64,000 nucleotides of DNA from Candidatus Aminicenantes bacterium (GTDB lineage Bacteria > Acidobacteriota > Aminicenantia > Aminicenantales > JAFGBC01), in the NCBI GenBank assembly GCA_963702005.1, contig OY969696.1, positions 4,224,001 through 4,288,000 of the forward strand, written 5' to 3'. Made by a program: the position numbers and the translations under genes. Numbering within the stretch: the stretch's first letter is position 1; every line of letters starts with the position of its first letter. Below are positions 57,075-64,000 of this stretch, piece by piece. The notes under the pieces are model-generated. The model saw nothing but the letters and a program-made list of their open reading frames with translations, made no database searches and was not told the DNA's origin.

Positions 57075-57306
57075 GGCTTTTCTGCCGTTTTCGGGAGTCT
57101 CCCACAGCGATGAATACCGCCCTGAAGCCCCCCGTAGCGGAAGGGGACCAGTTGTTTTTACCACTAGGGAACCGCCGCACTCACGGAACCTGAAACAATA
57201 CTCACGCAAAAAGCCCAAGAACACATTAAGGGTTCCGTGAGTACAGGGGGCCGGGGGGAGAGGGGTGGTATTCATCGCTGCGTTTCCCGAAAACGGGAGA
57301 AGAACC
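57075..57306. ncRNA. Candidate long rod-shaped structured RNA or MITE
   Basis: Nested stems 57085-57096/57285-57296, 57105-57123/57262-57280 and 57179-57191/57230-57242. Confidence 0.45.
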
Positions 57307-57311
57307 GAGAC

Positions 57312-59435
57312 TCAGGCGTTGCGGTGGGAGACCGACTTGGACAAGGACTTGATCCGCTTGGGGAGGTCGCGAAAGTCCGGATCCCACTTTTCGACCTCGC
57401 GGAACAGGGTCAGGGCCTTGTCCTTTTCGCCCATGTCCAGGAAGAGGCAGGCCAGCTGGTACTTCAGGGTGAATTCGGAACGATCGCCGTCCCTGGACAG
57501 GGCCAGGGCTTTTTCGATCCAAGCCCGGGCTTCCTCGAACTCGCCCTTCTGGGCATAGCACTGCCCGATCAGGCTGAAGCAGTCGAGGGCCCGGCTGTTG
57601 TCGTGGGAAGCTATCTGAAATTCGTCGACGGCCACTTCCCACAACCCCTGCTCGAGGTAGGCGACACCGAGGTTATAATGGAGCTCGTAGTTGTCCTGGT
57701 CGGTCCGCTGGGCGATGGCCTTGCGGAAAGCCCGCAGGATGTCCGTCAGGTCCTTCTCGTAAGCTCCCATATCCCCCTCGGACTGCTGCTCGAGGAGGAT
57801 CTCGATCATCTCCAGCTCGACGACGGCCTGGAGGCGGATGTCGAAGTATTTGAAGGAGATGGCTTTTTCGGGCGGTTCGGGGAGAACCCCCGTGTCCATG
57901 AAGATCTCGCTGGCGTCGACCTTGTCGCCGTCGTCGACGACCCGGCTGGTCACCCGGGGCGGCTCGGGGACGGTGAGACGGACCTCCTTGGCCTTGGCCT
58001 TCTCGACCCGCTCCTGGAGCTCGTCCTCCGCGACCGGGACGGGCGTTTCCATCTTCTCGATGAGTTCCAGTTTCTCCGAAATCCGGGGATCGTCCGTGAA
58101 ATGAAGGCGGAGGTTCTCCAGAATCCGTTTCGCGTTCCGGATGAGCCCCTGCTCGAGATAGAGCTCGGCGGTCGCGATGCCGGACTGAACGGCCTCCTCG
58201 TCCTCCTTGGCGACCGGGACGACATCCTCCTCGGAGGCGGGCTGTTCCCCGATGAAGCCGAACTCCCGGCGCAGCGACTTGTACTCCTTGACGATGTCCT
58301 TGTCCTCGGGACAGAGGGCGGTCAGCTCGGAGAGGACGAACATCATCTTCTCCTTGAGCTTTTTGTCCTGCGCCTCCTGGAGGATCATCCGGTAGACGAC
58401 TTCGAGGCGTTTTTTCTGGCCGGCCGCCTTGTAAATGGAGGCGAGCTTCTCCAGGGTCGGGAGATGGGCCTTCTTGTGGACTGCGATCAGACCGAGCAAG
58501 CCGATCGCCTTGTCTTCTTTCTGCCTTTTGAGAAGGCTGGTGATAAGGGGCTCGAAGGCTTCCAGGGCCTCGTCGAGCTTGTCCAAGCCGATCCGGGCCT
58601 TTCCCAGCTTAACGCGGGCGTTGACGTCCGCGGGCTTCTCGTTCGAGATCCGGTCGAAGATCTCCTCGGCCTTCTTGAAACTGTTGTCCTCGAGATGAAG
58701 CTCGCCCAGGAGGCTCCACAGCTCCGGGTTCGACTTGTCCTTCTTGACGGCGTCCTCGACCAGGCTCAAAGCCTCTTTCCGCTTGCCGCGCTTGATGAAG
58801 ATCCCCATCAGGTTGGCGACGGTCCGCGGGAAGCTCTCCTTGAGCTCGCGGGCTTGGACGAGGAGACGGCCGGCCTCCTCATAGCGCTCGGCCGCGATCC
58901 AGTCCTCGGCCACGTCGTTGAGGGTCTCGAGAGCCTCGTTCACCATCTTGTTCTGGACGTAGAGGTCGGCGAGCTCGAGCCGCAGTTTGGGATCCTGGCG
59001 GTCAAGCTTGATCAGCCGTTCGTAGAGCGCGATCAGTTCCCGGAATTTCTTCTCGCGCTTGAGCCGGGCGGCCGCCCGGAGGTACTCGGCCTTGGCCTCT
59101 GCGGTGAAGTCCTGGCGCTCGTACATCTCGCCCATTTTCATGGCGGAGTCGACGTCGTCGGGTTTGAACTTGGAGATCTTCTTGTAGATGGCCAGGGCCT
59201 GGGAATATTGGCCCCGGTTTTCGTAGTCATCGGCCGCTTCCTTGAAGGCGGCCACGGCCCGCTCGGTTTGATCGATCTGGAGGAAGAGGTCGCCGATCGT
59301 GTTGTTGATGGAAACGTCGGGCGCGTCCCCCTCCAGGAGCTTGCGGTATTCGGCGATAGCGTCTTCGACCCGGCCGGCCCGGACATGCCGCTCGGCCAGC
59401 TCCATGACTTTCGCGCGGTCGATTTTCGGGTTCAT
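57312..59435 (-). CDS. Tetratricopeptide repeat protein
   Basis: Multiple TPR-like helices (AIAEYRKLL, HYNLGVAYLEQGL, YQLA-DPDFRD). Confidence 0.88.
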   Translation of the reverse strand: MNPKIDRAKVMELAERHVRAGRVEDAIAEYRKLLEGDAPDVSINNTIGDLFLQIDQTERAVAAFKEAADDYENRGQYSQALAIYKKISKFKPDDVDSAMKMGEMYERQDFTAEAKAEYLRAAARLKREKKFRELIALYERLIKLDRQDPKLRLELADLYVQNKMVNEALETLNDVAEDWIAAERYEEAGRLLVQARELKESFPRTVANLMGIFIKRGKRKEALSLVEDAVKKDKSNPELWSLLGELHLEDNSFKKAEEIFDRISNEKPADVNARVKLGKARIGLDKLDEALEAFEPLITSLLKRQKEDKAIGLLGLIAVHKKAHLPTLEKLASIYKAAGQKKRLEVVYRMILQEAQDKKLKEKMMFVLSELTALCPEDKDIVKEYKSLRREFGFIGEQPASEEDVVPVAKEDEEAVQSGIATAELYLEQGLIRNAKRILENLRLHFTDDPRISEKLELIEKMETPVPVAEDELQERVEKAKAKEVRLTVPEPPRVTSRVVDDGDKVDASEIFMDTGVLPEPPEKAISFKYFDIRLQAVVELEMIEILLEQQSEGDMGAYEKDLTDILRAFRKAIAQRTDQDNYELHYNLGVAYLEQGLWEVAVDEFQIASHDNSRALDCFSLIGQCYAQKGEFEEARAWIEKALALSRDGDRSEFTLKYQLACLFLDMGEKDKALTLFREVEKWDPDFRDLPKRIKSLSKSVSHRNA

Positions 59436-59441
59436 CGTCCC

Positions 59442-60065
59442 TTAGGAACCCAATTTTAAATTAAAACTCGTCCGGTGAAAAGCGGTCGGTCCCCGTTCCC
59501 GGAGGGCCCGGTAATGGCCGGCCGTGCCGTAACCCTTGTTCCTGGCCAAGTCATACCCTATGTACACCTTGTCCAAGAGCTCCAGCATCCCGTCCCGGAC
59601 GACCTTGGCAATAATGGAGGCCGCCGCGATGGAGACGCTCTTGCGATCTCCTTGCGGGATACCTTTCTGGGGATACTTTACATCCTTGAGGCTGAATCCG
59701 TCAACTAAAACTATATCGGGCGGCAGCGTCAATCCCTCGGCCGCCCTCCGCATGGCCAGCAGGGAGGCCCAGTAGATATTGATCCGGTCGATCTCGGTAT
59801 GGGTGGCCAGCCCGATCCCGATCGACCGGGCGACCGCCGTGATCTCCGCGTAGAGGAAGCGTCGGCGGGCTGGGGTCAAAAGCTTGGAATCCCGGACGCC
59901 GGCGACCCAGGCCGGGGCGTCGTTCCCGCGCAGGGCTTCCAGGGGGAGGATGACGGCGGCGGCCACGACCGGGCCGAACAGGGCTCCGCGGCCCGCTTCG
60001 TCGATCCCGGCGATCGTCCGGCAGCCGCGGCGCAGATAGTCATCCTCGATGTCGAAGTCCGCCAT
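59442..60065 (-). CDS. rnhB: Ribonuclease HII
   Basis: GIDEAGRG-GPVVAAAVIL, DSKLL, LVDG, SIAAASIIAKV-RD, KGYGT, HRTSF. Confidence 0.96.
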   Translation of the reverse strand: MADFDIEDDYLRRGCRTIAGIDEAGRGALFGPVVAAAVILPLEALRGNDAPAWVAGVRDSKLLTPARRRFLYAEITAVARSIGIGLATHTEIDRINIYWASLLAMRRAAEGLTLPPDIVLVDGFSLKDVKYPQKGIPQGDRKSVSIAAASIIAKVVRDGMLELLDKVYIGYDLARNKGYGTAGHYRALRERGPTAFHRTSFNLKLGS

Positions 60066-60075
60066 GTCGCGGCGA

Positions 60076-60417
60076 TCAGCGCTCTTCCTTGACCTTGGCC
60101 GCCTTTCCCTTCAGGTCGCGGAGGTAGTAGAGCTTGGCCCTGCGGACCTTGCCCTTGCGCACGACCTCGAACCGCTTGACCATCGGGGAATGGACCGGAA
60201 AGATCCTCTCGATCCCGATGCCGAAAGAGAGCTTCCGGACGGTGACCGTGGCGCCGAGACCCGAGCCTTTCCGGGCGATGACTTCGCCCTTGTAGATCTG
60301 GATCCGCTCCTTGTCGCCTTCCTTGATGACGACATGGACTTTGACCGTATCGCCGATGCCGAAGGGCTCGAGGTCCTTCTTGAGCTGCTTGTCTTCGACG
60401 GCTTGAATCGCGTTCAT
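60076..60417 (-). CDS. rplS: 50S ribosomal protein L19
   Basis: [35 protein letters not shown]. Confidence 0.98.
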   Translation of the reverse strand: MNAIQAVEDKQLKKDLEPFGIGDTVKVHVVIKEGDKERIQIYKGEVIARKGSGLGATVTVRKLSFGIGIERIFPVHSPMVKRFEVVRKGKVRRAKLYYLRDLKGKAAKVKEER

Positions 60418-61151
60418 GACTTCTTCCTTTCCTTACGAATTTCCTCAAGGAGGACCCGGTCCGCGGCCGAAAGCGGCCGCTGTCCAATGAGGTCCGGCCT
60501 CAGCCCGAGCGTCTTGGCCAGGGCCTGCCGCCTCCGCCAGCGCTCGATCCTGGCGTGGTCCCCGGAAAAGAGGACATCGGGGACGTCCTGTCCCCGGAAG
60601 ACGCGGGGCCGCGTATAATGGGGGCAGTCCAACAGCCCCTCGGCGAACGAGTCGTGAGCGACCGACTCGGCTTTGCCCACGACGCCCGGCACGAACCTGG
60701 CCACGGCGTCGATGACAACCATGGCCGCCGGCTCGCCCCCGGTCAAGACGTAATCGCCGATCGAAACCTCGGCAGTCGCCAGATGAAGGCCAACCCTCTC
60801 GTCGACGCCCTCATAGCGGCCGCAGATGAGAATGACCTGGCGACAGCCCGCCCAGGCCCGGGCCTGGTCCGAGCCGAACATCCTCCCCTGCGGTGAGAGG
60901 AGGACGACCGGCGCCTCCGGCGTTTCCCGGACCGCCTCGACGGCCTTGAAGACCGGCTCGGCCATCAGGACCATCCCTTCCCCGCCCCCGAAAGGCCGGT
61001 CGTCGACCTGGCGGTGCTTTCCTTCCGCTTGCGCCCGCAGGTCGTGGACCCGAATGTCGAGGAGGCCCTTTTCGGCGGCCTTCTTGAGAATGCCCGCCGC
61101 TAGGAATCCCCCGAACATCTCGGGGAAGATCGTGATTATATCAAATCTCAT
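60414..61151 (-). CDS. trmD: tRNA (guanine-N1)-methyltransferase
   Basis: [38 protein letters not shown]. Confidence 0.98.
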   Translation of the reverse strand: MRFDIITIFPEMFGGFLAAGILKKAAEKGLLDIRVHDLRAQAEGKHRQVDDRPFGGGEGMVLMAEPVFKAVEAVRETPEAPVVLLSPQGRMFGSDQARAWAGCRQVILICGRYEGVDERVGLHLATAEVSIGDYVLTGGEPAAMVVIDAVARFVPGVVGKAESVAHDSFAEGLLDCPHYTRPRVFRGQDVPDVLFSGDHARIERWRRRQALAKTLGLRPDLIGQRPLSAADRVLLEEIRKERKKS

Positions 61152-61644
61152 TCAAATCCAAAAGGCCGTCCGGCACGTCGATCACGACCCGTTTTCCGGC
61201 GATGTCGATCTCCCGGCAGAACGTCCGGCTGAAGGGGACGAGGACGTCCCGTCCGTTCCTGTCGACCACGAGCTGGTCGTTGGCGGGGATGGTCCAGACG
61301 TCCTTGACGATCCCCACCTCCCGGCCGTCGACGGTGACGACGCGGCAGCCGACGAGCTGGTAATGATAATAAGCATCCGGCTCCGGAGGGGGCAAAGCCT
61401 CCTCGGGAAGAAAGACCGGGCACCCCGCCAGTCGCTCGGCCCCGTCCATCGAATCGATCCCCTTCAGTTTAAGCCTGGTGACGGCGCCCGGCGGCCCGAG
61501 AGCTTCAACCTGGAATTCCTCGTCCCGGTCCGCGATCCGGACGAACAGCGTCCGGAGCGAGCCCGCGTCCAGGGGGCCCTCCGGACGAAACTTGACTTCC
61601 CCTTTGTTCCCCCGACTCCCGACGATCGTCCCGATGCGGACCAA
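61141..61644 (-). CDS. rimM: Ribosome maturation factor RimM
   Basis: IGTIVGSRGNKGEVK, YYHYQLVGC, LVPF, GLLD; located between khpA and trmD. Confidence 0.92.
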   Translation of the reverse strand: MVRIGTIVGSRGNKGEVKFRPEGPLDAGSLRTLFVRIADRDEEFQVEALGPPGAVTRLKLKGIDSMDGAERLAGCPVFLPEEALPPPEPDAYYHYQLVGCRVVTVDGREVGIVKDVWTIPANDQLVVDRNGRDVLVPFSRTFCREIDIAGKRVVIDVPDGLLDLNEI

Positions 61645-61647
61645 TTA

Positions 61648-61881
61648 TCACTTTTCGATGATCTCGAGGTTGAATCTCCTCTTGAGCTTCATCCCGGCCG
61701 CGCCCAGGAGGATCCGGATGGCTCGGGCCGTCCGTCCCTGCTTGCCGATGACCTTGCCCAAGTCTTCAGGGGCCACTTTGAGCTCCAGGATCGTCGTCTG
61801 TTCGCCCTCGAGCAGGGAGACAACGACCTTCTCCGGATTGTCGACGAGTGCTTTGGCAATCAATTCTACGAGTTCTTTCAC
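61648..61881 (-). CDS. khpA: KH domain RNA-binding protein
   Basis: [27 protein letters not shown]. Confidence 0.93.
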   Translation of the reverse strand: MKELVELIAKALVDNPEKVVVSLLEGEQTTILELKVAPEDLGKVIGKQGRTARAIRILLGAAGMKLKRRFNLEIIEK

Positions 61882-61907
61882 GGCGACCTCCTTTTAGAAG
61901 ATTGAAC

Positions 61908-62177
61908 TCAGTCGGTGGTTGTCTTGGGTGTGGTTGTCTTTGGTTTGGATGACCGATCCAAAAGAGATTGGACGGTCCGTGACGGCTGGACGCCTTTCTC
62001 CAGCCAGCGCTTGGCGCGCTCCGCGTCGATCTTGATATCAGGAGGTTCCTTGAGGGGATCATAGGAACCGATGACGTCGATGGTCTCGCTCTGGCAGGAC
62101 CGCCGGGAGTCCATCACGACGATCCTGTAGGAGGGCCGTTTCTTCGCTCCATACCTCGTCAGGCGCATTGATATCAT
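61908..62177 (-). CDS. rpsP: 30S ribosomal protein S16
   Basis: MRLTRYGAKKRPSYRIVVMDSR, GSYDP, WLEKGVQPSRTV. Confidence 0.96.
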   Translation of the reverse strand: MISMRLTRYGAKKRPSYRIVVMDSRRSCQSETIDVIGSYDPLKEPPDIKIDAERAKRWLEKGVQPSRTVQSLLDRSSKPKTTTPKTTTD

Positions 62178-62208
62178 GTTTTTACCATCTCTAATAGAGT
62201 GAATTTTG

Positions 62209-62237
62209 ATAATAGCCCAAATCGGGCTGGAAGTCAA
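62209..62237 (-). promoter_or_regulatory. sigma70-type promoter for rpsP operon
   Basis: Minus strand TTGACT-17 bp-TATTAT. Confidence 0.6.
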
Positions 62238-62256
62238 CCGCCCTTTGGAGTTCTCC

Positions 62257-62297
62257 AAAAGGGCGTACTCACAAGCCGTTACCGGCTCATGAGTACG
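62257..62297 (-). terminator. Hairpin, possible terminator downstream of ffh
   Basis: Minus strand CGTACTCATGAGCCG-GTAA-CGGCTTGTGAGTACG then CCCTTTT. Confidence 0.5.
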
Positions 62298-62326
62298 GGC
62301 AATAGCCCACCCTTATTTTACCATAA

Positions 62327-63649
62327 TCAGGGCAGCTTCGACAGCATTTTCGTGAACCCGGGCTTCTTCATCATCCGCCCCATCTCGAAGAATTGCTTGA
62401 GAAGCTGGTTGACGTCGGAAACGGGGCGGCCGCTTCCCCGGGCGATCCGGAGCCGGCGCCGGCCGTCGATCGTCCGGGGATCGGCCCGTTCCCGGGCCGT
62501 CATCGAGTTGATGATGGCCTCGAAATGGACGATCTTTTTGTCGTCCAGGGCCAGCTTGGAGGCATCTTTGAACGGCCCCGCCTTGGGGAGCTGCCCGAGG
62601 ATCTGGGACATGGGACCCATTTTTCGGACCTGAACGAGCTGTTTGCGGAAGTCGGCCAGGGTGAATTCCTGACGCCGGAGTTTCCGGGCCATCTCCTCGG
62701 CCTCTTGGAAGTCGGCGGACTCCTCGGCCTTCTCGATCAGGCTCAGGATGTCGCCCATGCCCAGGATGCGGGAGGCCATCCGGTCCGGATGGAAGATCTC
62801 GAGCTTGTCGTATTTTTCTCCGACCCCGATGAATTTGATGGGCCGGCCCGTCACGGACACGATGGACAGGGCCGCGCCGCCCCGGGCGTCCCCGTCGAGC
62901 TTGGTCAGGACGATCGAAGTCAGCCCGATCCGCTCCTCGAAGGCCCGGGCGCTCTTGACGGCGTCCTGGCCGGTCATGGCGTCGCCGACATAGATCGTCT
63001 CGACCGGCTTGAGGGCGTCCTTGACCATCCGGAGCTCCGTCATGAGCTCGTCGTCGATATGGAGACGGCCCGCCGTGTCTACGATAAGGGGGTCGAAACC
63101 CCGGTTCCGGGTGTGGGACACGAGTTCTTTCAGGGCGGCCGGAGGGTCGGCCATCCGGTCGGCCGTCATCCCGTAGAAGGGGACGTCGAGGGAGGCGGCG
63201 ATCATAGCCAGCTGGTCCTGGGCGGCCGGCCGCTTGAGGTCGAACGAAACGACCAGAGGGTTCTTGGCCAGGCCCTTGACCCAGCGAGCGAGCTTGCCGC
63301 AGGTCGTCGTCTTGCCGCTCCCTTGGAGCCCGACCAGCATCAGGATCGAGGGCGGCGCCGGAGCGAAGGCGATCGGCTTGTCGGAGCCGCCCAGGACGGC
63401 GACGAGCTCGTCCCGGACGATCTTGATGACTTGCTGGGCGGGCGTCAGGCTGTCAAGGACGGCCCTGTCCAAGGCCTTGATCCGGATCCGTTCGACGAAG
63501 TCCTTGACGACCTTGTAGTTGACGTCGGCTTCGAGGAGGGCCAGCCGGATCATGCGGAGGGCCTCGGCCATGTTCTTTTCGGTGACCTTGGCCTCGCCCC
63601 GCAAAAATCTAAGGACCGCTTGGAGCCGGTCCGAAAGCTGGTCGAGCAT
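62327..63649 (-). CDS. ffh: Signal recognition particle protein
   Basis: ALLEADV, GLQGSGKTTT, DTAGR, TKLDGDARGGAALS, RILGMGD, RIARGSG. Confidence 0.98.
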   Translation of the reverse strand: MLDQLSDRLQAVLRFLRGEAKVTEKNMAEALRMIRLALLEADVNYKVVKDFVERIRIKALDRAVLDSLTPAQQVIKIVRDELVAVLGGSDKPIAFAPAPPSILMLVGLQGSGKTTTCGKLARWVKGLAKNPLVVSFDLKRPAAQDQLAMIAASLDVPFYGMTADRMADPPAALKELVSHTRNRGFDPLIVDTAGRLHIDDELMTELRMVKDALKPVETIYVGDAMTGQDAVKSARAFEERIGLTSIVLTKLDGDARGGAALSIVSVTGRPIKFIGVGEKYDKLEIFHPDRMASRILGMGDILSLIEKAEESADFQEAEEMARKLRRQEFTLADFRKQLVQVRKMGPMSQILGQLPKAGPFKDASKLALDDKKIVHFEAIINSMTARERADPRTIDGRRRLRIARGSGRPVSDVNQLLKQFFEMGRMMKKPGFTKMLSKLP

Positions 63650-63658
63650 GGCTTTCCC

Positions 63659-63687
63659 ATCATAGGCCAAGCCGCGGGAGCGGTCAA
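63659..63687 (-). promoter_or_regulatory. sigma70-type promoter for ffh (near-leaderless)
   Basis: Minus strand TTGACC (63687-63682), 17 bp, TATGAT (63664-63659); ATG at 63649. Confidence 0.55.
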
Positions 63688-63794
63688 ATCATCGACTCCC
63701 CGGCCTGAAGGCCGGGGCTTGTTCATGATTAACCCTGAGCCTCGCTCTCATCCCCGCCTTGAAAGGCGGGGCTTGGCGTCGGCGAACGGGTCAA
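63683..63794. mobile_element. Small palindromic non-autonomous element, copy 3
   Basis: ~90% identical to 540-652 with a compensatory base-pair change in hairpin 1; GTCAA at both ends. Confidence 0.8.
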
Positions 63795-63815
63795 CTTTGA
63801 GGGGAGGGCGTTCGC

Positions 63816-63844
63816 TTGACAATCCCCCCGATTTCCATTATAAA
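63816..63844 (+). promoter_or_regulatory. sigma70-type promoter
   Basis: TTGACA-17 bp-TATAAA. Confidence 0.65.
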
Positions 63845-63961
63845 AGAGTCAGATTGATGTTAATGTGTTTCATTCGGACGGCGGGGCTTATTTTTAACTG
63901 AGAAATCGAAGGCTCTTCGTTGGGCCATGGATAAACGTTTATTTTTAGGAGGAGAGAAGGA

Positions 63962-64000
63962 ATGAGCAAAATGAAGAAAGGTTTCGTTCGCTACGGAGCT
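63962..64000 (+). CDS. 5' end of a gene truncated by the window edge
   Basis: AGGAGG RBS at 63947-63952 then ATG (MSKMKKGFVRYGA). Confidence 0.5.
   Translation, partial: MSKMKKGFVRYGA

Noticed and set aside
57075-57306. Complete retron
   Set aside because: No reverse transcriptase is encoded in the window.
62264-62297. SRP RNA (ffs) next to ffh because of the GNRA-capped hairpin
   Set aside because: Too short and lacks the conserved internal loops flanking the SRP GGAA tetraloop.

Overview
GC-rich bacterial chromosomal window, densely coding. I recognised no rRNA, tRNA, CRISPR array or intact transposase. The gene mix (Acidobacterial-type VWA protein, ECF sigma/zf-HC2/secretin-N triad, SBBP and C25-like secreted proteins, anaerobic redox genes) suggests an anaerobic Acidobacteriota/Aminicenantes-like organism; this is inference only. 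Layout: (1) speD and an Lrp regulator, divergent from a ~10.5 kb cluster of glnA, a DRTGG/kinase/sensory [FeFe]-hydrogenase-like/PHP/HATPase cassette, HydC/HydB-like (NuoE/NuoF) flavin Fe-S subunits, an H-cluster-less HydA/NuoG-like Fe-S subunit and an FMN-binding glutamate-synthase-family protein; (2) housekeeping block (M50 protease, trpS, scpAB, ispH, rpsA, HU, HIT, SurA/PpiD); (3) sugar/amino-acid/C1 genes including two URO-D-family proteins and an fhs with a eukaryote-type insertion; (4) secreted-protein cluster, sigma-54 activator, frameshifted GH29 fucosidase and an ECF module; (5) ffh-rpsP-khpA-rimM-trmD-rplS-rnhB-TPR. Highlights: a candidate electron-bifurcating complex wired to a glutamate-synthase-like flavoprotein instead of a catalytic hydrogenase; a small palindromic element in three copies, each bounded by GTCAA direct repeats and each sitting exactly on the -35 box (TTGAC) of a promoter; and a ~230 nt rod-like intergenic structure (candidate ncRNA or MITE). 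All product calls are from motif recognition by eye, with no database searches.
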